The notes: generated by a model not told the origin, from the sequence alone. Shown: positions 13,111-23,267, counted from the stretch's first letter. The stretch: 64,000 nucleotides of DNA from an uncultured delta proteobacterium (GCA_963804165.1 CAWDPO010000010.1:160001-224000); one strand, 5' to 3'. Numbers and translations: made by a program.

Positions 13111-14354
13111 TCCTGGTAACACAGTTCCTCCAATGCCGCCAAACGCCGATGGGTTTCGCGCACGAAGGGATTGGCTTGATCCCACGCGTATCCCGCCAAG
13201 ATCGCCGAGATCATGCGGCGAATTTCCTGCGGTTGTCGGTGACTAAAGATTATCCGCTGAAACCCGCCCCGATACCAGGACTCGACAAAGGCCCGGAAGG
13301 TATCGACGCCCCGTTTCAGCGGCACGGCAAATTCGTGCTCCCAGTCGACGGCTTCACCGCGGAGTTGGCGCACCGCAACGTTTGCAGCGAGAGCGGCAGA
13401 TTTAAACGCGATGGTGACGCCGGAAGAAAAAATCGGATCGAGAAACTCACCGGCGTTGCCGAGCAACGCGTAACCCTTGCCCCACAGCGATCGGACGTCG
13501 CTGGCATAGCCGACGATCTGGCGCGCCGGCATATCCCAGCGCGCTCGGCCGAGCAGCGCGCTGAGCGTCGGTTGTTCATCGATTAGAGCGCGCAGCCGAT
13601 CCGTCGCCTCACCTTGATAGCGCGCCAGAAAATCGCGTTCCGCCACCACCCCGAGCGAGCAGCGGCCGTCACTGAACGGAATCAACCAATACCAGACATC
13701 GTCATGATCGGCGTGGACCGTTACACGTATCTTGTTGCGGTCAAAATCGTCGCTGGTGATAAGATCTTCCACATGGGTGAAAATCGCTCCGCGCACAGGG
13801 AAGCTCGACGGTTTTTCCAACCCGAGCAGACGCGGCAGCACGCGCCCGAAACCGCTCGCATCAAGAATGAAACCGGCGGCAACGATATACTTTCCCCCAC
13901 TCGGCTCTTTCACCGTCACGCAGGGGCGCGCGCCGTCAAGATCCACCGCAACGACTTCATGGCAAAAACGTAGCTCCGCGCCCTGCCGTTCGGCCTCCAG
14001 CGCTAAGATATGATCGAAACGCGCGCGCGGTACCTGGTACGTCGTGCTCCAACCGTCGGAATGCTTGTCGCGAAAATCAAATGCCGTGTATTGCGCGCCG
14101 CGCGCGAAGGCAGCGCCGTTTTTTAATTGAAACCCCGCCTGGTCGACGGCGTTAAGCATGCCTGCCTGCTCCAGGTATTCCATGCTTTGCGGCAGCAGGC
14201 TCTCGCCGATGCTGAAGCGGGGAAATTGTTCGCGCTCAATCACCAGCACTTGCAGGCCGTGCTGCCGCAGCAATGCGGACGCTACCGATCCGGCGGGACC
14301 GGCGCCAACCACCAACACATCGACACGAGTGAAGTTTTCTCTCCTGTAATCCAT
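13107..14354 (-). CDS. FAD-dependent oxidoreductase, flavin-dependent halogenase-like
   Basis: GAGPAG, FPRFSIGESLLP, GFQLKNGA (conserved Lys), WYWLIP (WxWxIP) and FLDPIFSSGV. Confidence 0.85.
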   Translation of the reverse strand: MDYRRENFTRVDVLVVGAGPAGSVASALLRQHGLQVLVIEREQFPRFSIGESLLPQSMEYLEQAGMLNAVDQAGFQLKNGAAFARGAQYTAFDFRDKHSDGWSTTYQVPRARFDHILALEAERQGAELRFCHEVVAVDLDGARPCVTVKEPSGGKYIVAAGFILDASGFGRVLPRLLGLEKPSSFPVRGAIFTHVEDLITSDDFDRNKIRVTVHADHDDVWYWLIPFSDGRCSLGVVAERDFLARYQGEATDRLRALIDEQPTLSALLGRARWDMPARQIVGYASDVRSLWGKGYALLGNAGEFLDPIFSSGVTIAFKSAALAANVAVRQLRGEAVDWEHEFAVPLKRGVDTFRAFVESWYRGGFQRIIFSHRQPQEIRRMISAILAGYAWDQANPFVRETHRRLAALEELCYQE

Positions 14355-14359
14355 AGCGA

Positions 14360-16723
14360 TTATAGTCCTCGCGGTGTTTTTTCCGCCGGATGGTGATCAA
14401 AACAAGGAACGATCAACCACACCACGGTAGTGCCGATTAGCATGGTCACTCCGAATGCCTGTAGCGCCGGAGTCTTACTTAGACTTAGCAAGCCAAAGGA
14501 AAGCAACGTGCTCAACGCGGAGAGAACCACGGCAAGCCACGCAATGGGGTCGCGACGGACACCATGCTCCTGGAGAAAAATCCCATAGTCGACGCCGACT
14601 CCGAGGATCAGCATCAGCGCCAAGATGTGAAACAACTGCAAACTCTGTCCGGCGATACCCAAGAGCGCGAGTGTGGCGATACTGGCCAGCGCCGTCGGTG
14701 CCAGCACCCGCCAGGTGGCGCCGCGATAGCGCGGGTACAACAAGCCATATATCGCGATGTATGAGAACGCGACCACCCAACCCATATATTGCCGATAGCG
14801 TCCGAGCACCGTCGAGATCGCGCCCACTGTATCCACCCAACGCACGCCATCGAGTCCCGCCGCGGCATCTTCCAAGATCGGCAAGCCCGCCTTGCTCAAA
14901 CCTGTCACGGCGACGATGCTTGCGTAACCGACGTCCACTTGGCCGATCCAAAGATAACGCCACGGCTCACTGGTCGGAGCTTTCAGAAAATCGTCAAGGC
15001 CGAGCGGCGATGCTGATGTCCGGAGACGCTCCCGGGTAGCAGTCACCCATTGATCGTCTTCGCCAATCCGCGCAGCCAGGAAAGCCAACGGTCCGCCGTC
15101 GTTGAGAACTTTCTGCTCGATCAGCTGAATTCGCGCGGCCTGCGTACGCGAAGAAGGTACCCAGTTCGATATCGCGTGATAGCCGCTGATGAGGCGCTTT
15201 TCAATCAGCGGATCGAGCCTCTGCTTGAGCGCTTCCTCGCGCTCCAGCACGGCCTCGGCCGTGGCGCCGCGCACTAAATAGAACTGCGCGGGCGTCGGCA
15301 GGTCGAGCAACTTGGTCAGTTTGATTTGATCATCGACCAAACTCTTGGACGGATTCTGCAACAACCGTATGTCATCGCTGATCCCAAGTCGTGACCAGCC
15401 GAAAATCGCCAGCGCCGCGAACAACGTCGCCGCGACGAGCGTCCGTCGATCACGTCCCAATAACGGCCAGCGCGCCAGGGAACCCACGTACCAGTCCGCG
15501 AGTCGGATTTTCCTCAAAGTGTCCGAGCGAACCAGCAAGGGAAACCAAAAAACCACGGTCAACCATGCGAATACTAGCCCGAGCGCGGAAAATACCGCGA
15601 TCTGCCGCAATCCCGGAAATGGCGTAAGCGCCAAGCCCATGTAACCGACGACGGTCGTGATCAACGTGAGCAGCAGGGCCGGTAGCAAGCGCCGCAACAA
15701 TTGCCAGGAATCGAGCTGCGCATCGGCGGCAACCCGATTGCACAGAAAATAGATCCCATAATCTTGGGCTCCGCCGATGAGACTGGCGCCAAATACCAAG
15801 CTCAACAAATGCAGCCGATCGAACAACCACCAGGACACGGACAACGCGCCCAAGCAACCGACGGCGATCGACAGCATCACTAACGCGATGGGCTTGAGGG
15901 AGTGAAACGCCAGCCAAATCAAGAGTACGATACCAAGAGTCGAGCCGAAACCGATGATGGACAATTCCCATCTCGCCTGTTCGCCGGCGGCGGCGGCATG
16001 CACGATCACACCCGCAACCACCACGTCGACCTGGGGCACAATCTCTTGCGCGGTGTGTCGGGCCTGCTCAAGCAGCGACATAACGGCCTGCTGCGCCGCC
16101 AAAGAAAAAGCGGGGACGCGTAACGTGATCGGCAGCACCACATATTCGCGCCGCCCGTCGCCGACATAGAGTCGGGCGTCGCGCGGTCTAACGGGCGTTT
16201 CCCGCGCGCGCGCCTGCACCCAAGCGCTGAACAAACCAAACGGATCGTCCTGCCAAGTAACCGGGTTGACTCCGGCGAACGGGCTATAGAGCTTAGTCAA
16301 TGCCACGTCGACCCAATGGTCTTTACCTTGATCGCGTAATGCCGCCTCGTCCTGTGCTGTGAGTAAAACCCCACGATGCTGTAGGTACTGCGCTAATCCG
16401 TCAGACAGCGTTTGATCCGTCACGCGCTCGTTCAATTGCATGAGATCATCGCGGGGCTTGAGCACGGCTCGGTAGGCGTCCGCGGCGCGCTTCGCCGCCG
16501 CCCAATCATCGGCGCCGACAACCACGATCAACTGTTGTTGCGCCGCCTCGGCCATGCGCGAGAAAGCTTGCTGGAGCACGGGATCGTGTTGTTGCGCCGG
16601 CAGGAGAGCGAGAATATCGGTGTCGGGCGCGGTCTGCTGAACCAGCCATAGGTACGCATTGTGCGCCAAGAACAGGCAGACGACCAATCCCCAGAAACCT
16701 GCGAGCAGGTTGCGGCGCTTCAA
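14360..16723 (-). CDS. MMPL/RND-family exporter (ApeM-like)
   Basis: 787 aa with two repeats of a periplasmic domain plus TM bundle; motifs DTDILALLP, GGAQDYG and LGVGVDYG. Confidence 0.88.
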   Translation of the reverse strand: MKRRNLLAGFWGLVVCLFLAHNAYLWLVQQTAPDTDILALLPAQQHDPVLQQAFSRMAEAAQQQLIVVVGADDWAAAKRAADAYRAVLKPRDDLMQLNERVTDQTLSDGLAQYLQHRGVLLTAQDEAALRDQGKDHWVDVALTKLYSPFAGVNPVTWQDDPFGLFSAWVQARARETPVRPRDARLYVGDGRREYVVLPITLRVPAFSLAAQQAVMSLLEQARHTAQEIVPQVDVVVAGVIVHAAAAGEQARWELSIIGFGSTLGIVLLIWLAFHSLKPIALVMLSIAVGCLGALSVSWWLFDRLHLLSLVFGASLIGGAQDYGIYFLCNRVAADAQLDSWQLLRRLLPALLLTLITTVVGYMGLALTPFPGLRQIAVFSALGLVFAWLTVVFWFPLLVRSDTLRKIRLADWYVGSLARWPLLGRDRRTLVAATLFAALAIFGWSRLGISDDIRLLQNPSKSLVDDQIKLTKLLDLPTPAQFYLVRGATAEAVLEREEALKQRLDPLIEKRLISGYHAISNWVPSSRTQAARIQLIEQKVLNDGGPLAFLAARIGEDDQWVTATRERLRTSASPLGLDDFLKAPTSEPWRYLWIGQVDVGYASIVAVTGLSKAGLPILEDAAAGLDGVRWVDTVGAISTVLGRYRQYMGWVVAFSYIAIYGLLYPRYRGATWRVLAPTALASIATLALLGIAGQSLQLFHILALMLILGVGVDYGIFLQEHGVRRDPIAWLAVVLSALSTLLSFGLLSLSKTPALQAFGVTMLIGTTVVWLIVPCFDHHPAEKTPRGL

Positions 16724-17322
16724 AACAAAGCCGCCTCATCAGCCGTCATGGCGTCTGTGCCGCTCTGGAGTCCCGAGAATACGATGCTGGTGCGGTCGCC
16801 GCTCGCATGATCAATGGTAATGTTCTTGACATATTCGCCGCCGTCTAAGGCAATTTTGCCGATCGCCTTGGCCACCGCGGGCTCACGCGCATTCAGCGTC
16901 ACGTTCCAACTATTTTGATAAACACTGCCGTCGATTTCGAATAGTTTTTCGAGCTCGCCGAGATTACCGGCCAGCAAAGCGAACATTACCTGATTGATGA
17001 TGCGCACCGTCGGTTCCTCTTTTGCGTTAAGGCGAAAGGCCACCCGCTCGCCTTGGAGTTGAACGATTTCATCGCGAGTAAGCCGCACGGTGTTGGGAAA
17101 CGGCTGCAAGCTGCGCCACAGCACGCCCTTGTCGGCAACGACGCAGAAACGGCCACTCGATTTCACCGGTTTCTTTAATCCAACCAGCTGCTTATTCTGA
17201 TCGAAGCGGCCGCACAGGACTTTGGGCCTCGCCAATAATTCTTGAATTTTTGCCACGGGTGTGGCCCCTAGCAGCACGAACGAAGACAGGATCGCGCACC
17301 AGGGCAAGACCCCGCGCATCAT
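16720..17322 (-). CDS. LolA-like outer membrane lipoprotein carrier protein (ApeL-like)
   Basis: Signal peptide, then GRFDQNKQL..LKKPVKSSGRF..GVLW and SGDRTSIVF. ATGA overlap with the thioesterase stop. Confidence 0.8.
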   Translation of the reverse strand: MMRGVLPWCAILSSFVLLGATPVAKIQELLARPKVLCGRFDQNKQLVGLKKPVKSSGRFCVVADKGVLWRSLQPFPNTVRLTRDEIVQLQGERVAFRLNAKEEPTVRIINQVMFALLAGNLGELEKLFEIDGSVYQNSWNVTLNAREPAVAKAIGKIALDGGEYVKNITIDHASGDRTSIVFSGLQSGTDAMTADEAALF

Positions 17323-17747
17323 GATGGCGCAACTCCCAACTTTTCGAACAAAACGGCGGGTGAAACAAAGCACATCGTCTGAGTCGCAATCTCCACGGCG
17401 ACCTGGATCGTGGTGGCGCGGCTGAGACGGCGCCCGGTGATCGCATCGGAGATCAGATAAGCGATCCTCAGGCGATTTTCCCACTCGACAATTTCCGCGC
17501 GCAGCCTGAGGCGCTGGCCGTAAGCCGCCGGCGCGATATAGCGCAGGTGCATATCGATCACCGGCCAAACGTAACCTGAAGCTTTCATCTGGTTGTAGTT
17601 GTAATCGATGGTGTCGAGCAAGACGCCGCGAACGATTTCCAAATATTTGACATAGTGGCCATGCCAAACGATCGCCATCGGATCGAGATCGAAAAACTCC
17701 ACGCGTGTTTCGGTTTCCGCGTGCCAGCGCTCAGATGCCTTGTTCAT
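17319..17747 (-). CDS. Acyl-CoA/ACP thioesterase, 4HBT/YbgC family (ApeK-like)
   Basis: VEFFDLDPMAIVWHGHYVKYLE. Confidence 0.85.
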   Translation of the reverse strand: MNKASERWHAETETRVEFFDLDPMAIVWHGHYVKYLEIVRGVLLDTIDYNYNQMKASGYVWPVIDMHLRYIAPAAYGQRLRLRAEIVEWENRLRIAYLISDAITGRRLSRATTIQVAVEIATQTMCFVSPAVLFEKLGVAPS

Positions 17748-19305
17748 AGATTTTCCAGGAGCGTTTGCGGATACGCTCCAGGAGTAAGCGCAGATCCGGC
17801 TCCAGACGACGATCTTCGCCGACCACGGCAATATCGCCGCTCAGTGCGTCGAGCATTTTTTGCAGTCCCGGCTGCGGCGCCACGGTCGGGCTAATTCGGC
17901 GGCGCAGCCAAACACCCTGGTGCACCGTAATCAGCAACGCGGCGGCGACCTGCTCGCTCAACTCAAGAACGCGCAAGCAATCGCGCGCGGCGATGGTGCC
18001 CATACTCACTTTGTCTTGGTTATGACATTCGGTGGAACGCGAGAACACCGAGGCAGGCATCGTCAACTTGAGCGCCTCGGCGCACCACGCCGAAGCGCTG
18101 ATCTGGAGCGCCTTGAGGCCGTGATTGATGGCCTGGCGCGGCCCTTCCACGCCGGTCAAATTGGCCGGCAAACCGTTACTGTACCGGCTGTCCACGAGCA
18201 ACGCCATTTGCCGGTCGAGCAGATCCGCCAGGTTGGCCACGGCGTTCTTCATGCTATCCATGGCAAAGGCGATATGACCGCCGTAAAAATGGCCGCCGTG
18301 TAAAACCCGCTCATTCATGGCATCGATGATCGGGTTATCGGTGGCGCTGTTGAGCTCATTTTCGATAAACTCGCGCAGCCAGGGGAGCGCGTCGGCGAGC
18401 ACGCCGATGACGTGCGGGGCGCAACGAATCGAATAGCGGTCCTGCAAGCGTTTGCCGTTCAGCGGCGCGCCCTCGCTCGACAGATCTTCGCGCAGCCACG
18501 CGGCGACGCGTTGCTGGCCGCGATGGGTCTTTACGGAAAAAAGCGTCTCGTCGAAATGCTCGGCGTTGCCATCGAGAGCAAAGGATGCCAAGCCGGTGAT
18601 CCGGGTCGCCAATCGCATGAGATATTCCGCGCGCGAGTACGCCAAACATGCCAGCGCCGTCATCACCGCGGTGCCGTTCATAATCGCCAGCGCTTCTTTG
18701 GGCCGCAACCGCAGGGGGATTATTCCGGCTTGCGCTAACGCCGGCCCGGCGGGGGCTGCCTCACCGTCGCGCCACACTTCGCCCTCGCCGCACAAGACGG
18801 CGGCGAGATAGGACAGTGGCGTGAGGTCGCCACTGGCGCCGACCGAACCCTCGGAGGGTATCCGCGGCAACAGATCGCAGCGCAGCAGATGAATCATCTG
18901 CTCGAGCAATGCCACGCTGACGCCGGAAAATCCCTTGCAGAGTGACGCCAGTCGGGTCGCGATAATCGCGCGAGTTTCCGCCGGACCGAAACATTCACCC
19001 AAGCCGCAGCCGTGAAAGGTGTAGAGATGCCGCGGCAGCTCGGCGACCAATTCCGGCTGGACCGTCACGGTGCAAGAGTCGCCGTAGCCGGTGGTCACGC
19101 CGTAGATCGAGCCGTCCGCGGACAGTAGCCGGTCGATAAAATCCGCGCCACGCGCGATCGACGCGCGAAATTCCGGCGCATCGGACAGGACCGCCGAGGC
19201 CGATCTCTCGGCGATATCGACGATATTCTCGATCGTCAGTCGGTCCGTGTCGAAACGGACGGCGGCGCGGCCCTTGCCAGTGTCAGTGGGGTGCATGGGA
19301 TCCAT
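17731..19305 (-). CDS. MIO-dependent aromatic amino acid ammonia-lyase (HAL/PAL/TAL family)
   Basis: IYGVTTGYG, GSVGASGDL (ASG tripeptide forming MIO), MNGT, QDRYSIRC and HNQDKVSMG. Confidence 0.92.
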   Translation of the reverse strand: MDPMHPTDTGKGRAAVRFDTDRLTIENIVDIAERSASAVLSDAPEFRASIARGADFIDRLLSADGSIYGVTTGYGDSCTVTVQPELVAELPRHLYTFHGCGLGECFGPAETRAIIATRLASLCKGFSGVSVALLEQMIHLLRCDLLPRIPSEGSVGASGDLTPLSYLAAVLCGEGEVWRDGEAAPAGPALAQAGIIPLRLRPKEALAIMNGTAVMTALACLAYSRAEYLMRLATRITGLASFALDGNAEHFDETLFSVKTHRGQQRVAAWLREDLSSEGAPLNGKRLQDRYSIRCAPHVIGVLADALPWLREFIENELNSATDNPIIDAMNERVLHGGHFYGGHIAFAMDSMKNAVANLADLLDRQMALLVDSRYSNGLPANLTGVEGPRQAINHGLKALQISASAWCAEALKLTMPASVFSRSTECHNQDKVSMGTIAARDCLRVLELSEQVAAALLITVHQGVWLRRRISPTVAPQPGLQKMLDALSGDIAVVGEDRRLEPDLRLLLERIRKRSWKIYEQGI

Positions 19306-20266
19306 CCGTGTTCGGCGCGCTCCAAAAATCGTAGAAATTAAACCACTGTAGGGGCGCACGCTGGCAGAAATATTCCAAGCGCGTCGCATAATCCGCAACA
19401 TAGGCCGCGAGCGCTTCGTCGCGGCTCCGGCGCGGCAGCTGAATCGATTCGCGAAATAGCTCGAAGTGAATCTCCGAGCCGCCTGCAGCGCGAAGCGAAA
19501 ATAGCAGATATACGGGACATTGAAACAAATTGGCGAGAACGTAGGGACCGACCGGAAACGGCGCCATGGCGCCGAGAAATTTTGCCACGGCGATTCGAGG
19601 ATGCGCCGACACTGGAATGCGATCACCAGCGATCGCGACGAATTCTCCCCGGCTGATTTTTTCGGCCAGTAGCATCGCCGCCGCCGGCGTCAGCTCGGTG
19701 ACCTGCATCAAATTGAGCTGACTGTCGGGATCGAGCCGGGCCAACAATTGGTTGAACCTTGCCGCGTGCTTGGTGTGTAACAGCACGGTCAATTTCAGCC
19801 CGGCCTGGCGCCGCGACAAGACCCGGCATAATTCCAAATTGCCAAGATGACAACAAATCAGCAACCCGCCGCGACGCCTGGCGATTTGCCCGGCGATGAG
19901 ATCCAGGCCGTCAAATTTCACCGAGTCCGTGTCGAACAAGCCGCCCCACAGCAGCATTTTATCGAGAATACTCTCGCCGAACGCGGCGAAATGGCGCAAC
20001 TTCCCGGGCACACCCGGTCCAAGTCCCCGCGAGCGGTTAAACGCAGAAAGCCGGCGCAGGTAATCGCGCGACGCCCTGCGAGCCGCGGGTTTAGCGATCA
20101 TGTACCAGAGCAAAACGGGGTAAAGCACGATTCGGAATGGCCAACGGCCGAAAACCCGCGCGAGCCAGTACAACAGTCGCATGCCCGCGACGAAGCTGAA
20201 TTCATTTATTTGCGACCAGTGTTGAGCGCGGCTCGCCGCAACTGGCGGATTCATAGCGGGCTCCAT
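19283..20266 (-). CDS. LpxL-like acyltransferase (C-terminal half of ApeJ-like proteins)
   Basis: HLGNLE motif, AIAGDR, FPVGPY and PLQWFNFYDFW. Confidence 0.82.
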   Translation of the reverse strand: MEPAMNPPVAASRAQHWSQINEFSFVAGMRLLYWLARVFGRWPFRIVLYPVLLWYMIAKPAARRASRDYLRRLSAFNRSRGLGPGVPGKLRHFAAFGESILDKMLLWGGLFDTDSVKFDGLDLIAGQIARRRGGLLICCHLGNLELCRVLSRRQAGLKLTVLLHTKHAARFNQLLARLDPDSQLNLMQVTELTPAAAMLLAEKISRGEFVAIAGDRIPVSAHPRIAVAKFLGAMAPFPVGPYVLANLFQCPVYLLFSLRAAGGSEIHFELFRESIQLPRRSRDEALAAYVADYATRLEYFCQRAPLQWFNFYDFWSAPNTDGSHAPH

Positions 20267-20994
20267 CGGCGCGCGATCAACGCCGGCGAACGGGCTAACA
20301 TGCCGAAGAACAAGGTCGCGTGCAGGCGCGAGATGAGAAAGCTATCAAGCCAGCCGCGAAAATGCGAGACGCCGTCGCTGGGGTAACTGACCTGCGTCGG
20401 TAGATTGATAATTTCCAATCCCGCCCAATGGAGCCGCACGAGCACCTCGATGTCGAAACTCATACGTTCGGCAAGCTTATACCGCCGATCGAGCTCGATC
20501 ATGGCGGGCAATGGATAAACGCGAAATCCGCACATCGAGTCTTTGATTTGCCGCGACAAAGTATTGATCGATACCCAGACATGGGTCAGATATCGGGCGC
20601 ACAAACGCAGCGGCGGCGCAGTCTCGTCATATTGCGGGCAGCCGACGATCAGCGCCCGCGGCTTCGCCGCGGCTTGCTCAAGAAAGCGCGGAATATCAGC
20701 GGACCGGTGCTGGCCGTCTGCATCGATCTGCAGCGCATGGCTGTAACCTACTCGGGCGGCGTGGCGAATTGCGGTCATAACGGCGCCGCCCTTGCCACGA
20801 TTGATCGGATGGCGCAGCACGGTGATCTGCTCGGGTCTGGCGGCAACTAATTCGTCGAGCACGGCGGCGCACGCCGCTGCGCTGCCGTCGTCGACGAGGA
20901 TGCAAGGCAATTGCTGCGTAAGAACTCCCTCCACGACAGCACCGACTGCTCGCTCGTGGTTATAGACAGGGATGATGACGCAGGGCTTAAACAT
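20251..20994 (-). CDS. Glycosyltransferase family 2 (N-terminal half of ApeJ-like proteins)
   Basis: IIPVYNH, VDDGS, NRGKG, IDADGQH (DxD) and DSMCGFRVYP. Confidence 0.88.
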   Translation of the reverse strand: MFKPCVIIPVYNHERAVGAVVEGVLTQQLPCILVDDGSAAACAAVLDELVAARPEQITVLRHPINRGKGGAVMTAIRHAARVGYSHALQIDADGQHRSADIPRFLEQAAAKPRALIVGCPQYDETAPPLRLCARYLTHVWVSINTLSRQIKDSMCGFRVYPLPAMIELDRRYKLAERMSFDIEVLVRLHWAGLEIINLPTQVSYPSDGVSHFRGWLDSFLISRLHATLFFGMLARSPALIARRWSPL

Positions 20995-22714
20995 TTCCCG
21001 CTCCGAAAATAATTCGTCCTTTGGCATGGGCGCCGAGACGGGAAGTAATTTTGAAAGCCAACGCCGATTTGGCGGCTTCATGGACCAACTCGAGCACGAT
21101 GGCCGTCTCGGGCGGAATCAAGCGCATGAATTTGAGTGCATGGAGACCACGGAAAACAGGCGGTAAATCGAAGCATTGCCGTCCGTAAGTGATCACCCAA
21201 TCGACCTGCACCACGCCCGGTAAAATCGGCCGTCCTGAAAAATGGCCGTCGAAGTAGAGTAAATTGCGGGGCGCGGTCAACTCGAACACGGCGCGCTGGG
21301 CGCTTTTTTCGATAAGCCGTCCTTGGGGTTGAGTGGGCTGGAGTGACTTGGGCTCTAACAAAGAGAGCAGGTCAGCATAGGTGGTTTTGCCTTGAGCATT
21401 GACCGGAAGCGCATCGAGATAGCGCCAGATTCGCGGCAGGCCCACGGGTTCAATCGATTCGTTTAACAGATTGCGCAGCAAGCGACTAAATACTCGTTTG
21501 CCCTGCGCGATCAATTGGCCGCGCCCGGACTCCGACGTCACCACAAAAGCCGCGACCTGTTGGCGCCGTCCTTCGATCACGAACACGCGCGCGGCACGAA
21601 CCCAAGGCGATGCCGTAAGGAGCGACTCGATCGCGCGCAACGATATTCGCTTGCCCTCGATCTTGGCGATCTGATCGACGCGCCCGCCGAGAACGAACTG
21701 ACCATTGCCCGCGGACTCCGCGCGGTCAGCCAAGCGCAACCAATGTTTGTCCGGCAGATGCGCTGAACTGACTTCGAGCACATGTTCCCGGGGATCGACA
21801 CGCCAGCTCACTCCCGGCAGTGGAGTCCAAGCTTCGTTTGCCGTCGTCTCTTGTTGGCGATACGCGATGCCACCGGTCTCCGAGCTGCCATAGACTTCGA
21901 TCGGCACCTGGCGGAGAAGCCGCGCGCACTCTCGCGCAACGTCGAACGACAGCGGGCCACCGGACGAGAATACGGCGCGCAGTCGGGTTGCCGCCCTGGT
22001 CCAAGCGGGGTTTTCGGGCAATCGTTTCAAATGCGCCGGACTCGACACCAGGATCGCCTCCCGAGCGGCTAACGTTTTCTCCAGTTCTTCGTAGTACGAG
22101 AAACTTTGCGCATGGATTGCACGGCCGGCAGCTAACGGCCACAGCACGTTGAACAATAACCCGTAGATATGTTGATGCGACACCGTAGCGATGATGTCAG
22201 CCGCGCCAAGCGAAGCACCAAATTGCTTTTCAAGGGTGGCTACCTCTGTTGCCAATTGCGCCAGCTTTTTTGGAATCGCTTGGGCTGCGCCGGTGGTGCC
22301 AGAGGTATAGAGCACTAGGCCGGCAAATTCCGGATTGAGCCGGTCAAACCCCTCCATGGCACCACAAAAATCTTGTGCCGATGGTGTTTTCGGCTTCCAC
22401 ACCGCGGCAAATTCTCCCAAATAGCCATCCACCGTCTGGCGAATGGTAGCGCAGGTGGTGGGCAAGCTATCGCCGGGTAAGTAAATGGTCTTGCCGGCAT
22501 GCCAGGCGGCGAAAAGCGCGGCGGCAAACTCGACGGCGTCGGTGTGATGGAGAGCGAAGCCTTGCCCCGGCACGCGTTGAAGCAAAACGCGCCATGCGCC
22601 CGCGCGATCAAGAAACTCTTGCCAGGATATGGCGCGTCCCCGTCGCCATGCAACGATATCACCGGGCGAGCGCGGCGAGTTTAGTCGCTCCAACAGATCG
22701 AGCGTGTCAACCAT
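20987..22714 (-). CDS. AMP-binding acyl-ACP synthetase fused to a C-terminal dehydratase-like hotdog domain (ApeH+ApeI-like)
   Basis: YTSGTTG, HQHIYG, YGSSETGG, GRVD and NAQGK, then C-terminal YFDGHFSGRPILPGVVQ. Confidence 0.87.
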   Translation of the reverse strand: MVDTLDLLERLNSPRSPGDIVAWRRGRAISWQEFLDRAGAWRVLLQRVPGQGFALHHTDAVEFAAALFAAWHAGKTIYLPGDSLPTTCATIRQTVDGYLGEFAAVWKPKTPSAQDFCGAMEGFDRLNPEFAGLVLYTSGTTGAAQAIPKKLAQLATEVATLEKQFGASLGAADIIATVSHQHIYGLLFNVLWPLAAGRAIHAQSFSYYEELEKTLAAREAILVSSPAHLKRLPENPAWTRAATRLRAVFSSGGPLSFDVARECARLLRQVPIEVYGSSETGGIAYRQQETTANEAWTPLPGVSWRVDPREHVLEVSSAHLPDKHWLRLADRAESAGNGQFVLGGRVDQIAKIEGKRISLRAIESLLTASPWVRAARVFVIEGRRQQVAAFVVTSESGRGQLIAQGKRVFSRLLRNLLNESIEPVGLPRIWRYLDALPVNAQGKTTYADLLSLLEPKSLQPTQPQGRLIEKSAQRAVFELTAPRNLLYFDGHFSGRPILPGVVQVDWVITYGRQCFDLPPVFRGLHALKFMRLIPPETAIVLELVHEAAKSALAFKITSRLGAHAKGRIIFGAGNV

Positions 22715-23267
22715 GATGCCGCCTCTTGAAGCGCCAGCGGACACAGTACTCCCCGGCAAACAGAAGCCCCATGAGGACATACGCGATCAAGCCGTTATAA
22801 AGCGTCCAGACAACCGCCGGTGTCCACAGCGCGGTAAAAAGCGCGATGATCCCGTTGACGGCGAAAAATACGCACCAGACTTGCGTTACACGGCGTGTGT
22901 ACAGGACCGCGGCGACGGGAAGATCCGGCTCGCGTGCACGGGCGATCCGTTCAATCATCGTCGGCGGCACGACCAGGCTATAGGCAAACAAGCCCAACAG
23001 TCCGGCGTTGACCAGTACGGGATAGAGCTTCAATGGCAACGGCGCGTTGGCCCACAAGGTCAATGCGCAGAGCAACAGAGTTCCGCCCGTCCACCAAGCC
23101 CAACCCTTATCACTTTTCACCACCGACAGTCTAAACAGCGCGACGAGCAAGAGCAGAAGCGCGAGGTAGCGCGGCTCCAATTGTCCTTGTCCGAGCCAGA
23201 TCGCGAGCGGATAGATCAGCACGATAGCGATCGTCAAAAAGCTCAGCAGGCGACGCACTCGGATCAC
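22707..23267 (-). CDS. Inner membrane protein (ApeG-like)
   Basis: Multiple TM segments; LKLYPVLVN, YTRRVTQVWC and WTLYNGLIAY..GE. Confidence 0.8.
   Translation of the reverse strand: MIRVRRLLSFLTIAIVLIYPLAIWLGQGQLEPRYLALLLLLVALFRLSVVKSDKGWAWWTGGTLLLCALTLWANAPLPLKLYPVLVNAGLLGLFAYSLVVPPTMIERIARAREPDLPVAAVLYTRRVTQVWCVFFAVNGIIALFTALWTPAVVWTLYNGLIAYVLMGLLFAGEYCVRWRFKRRHHG

Noticed and set aside
17731-19305. Calling the lyase hutH
   Set aside because: It is embedded in the biosynthetic cluster, no hutU/I/G are present, and the selectivity residues are atypical for HutH.
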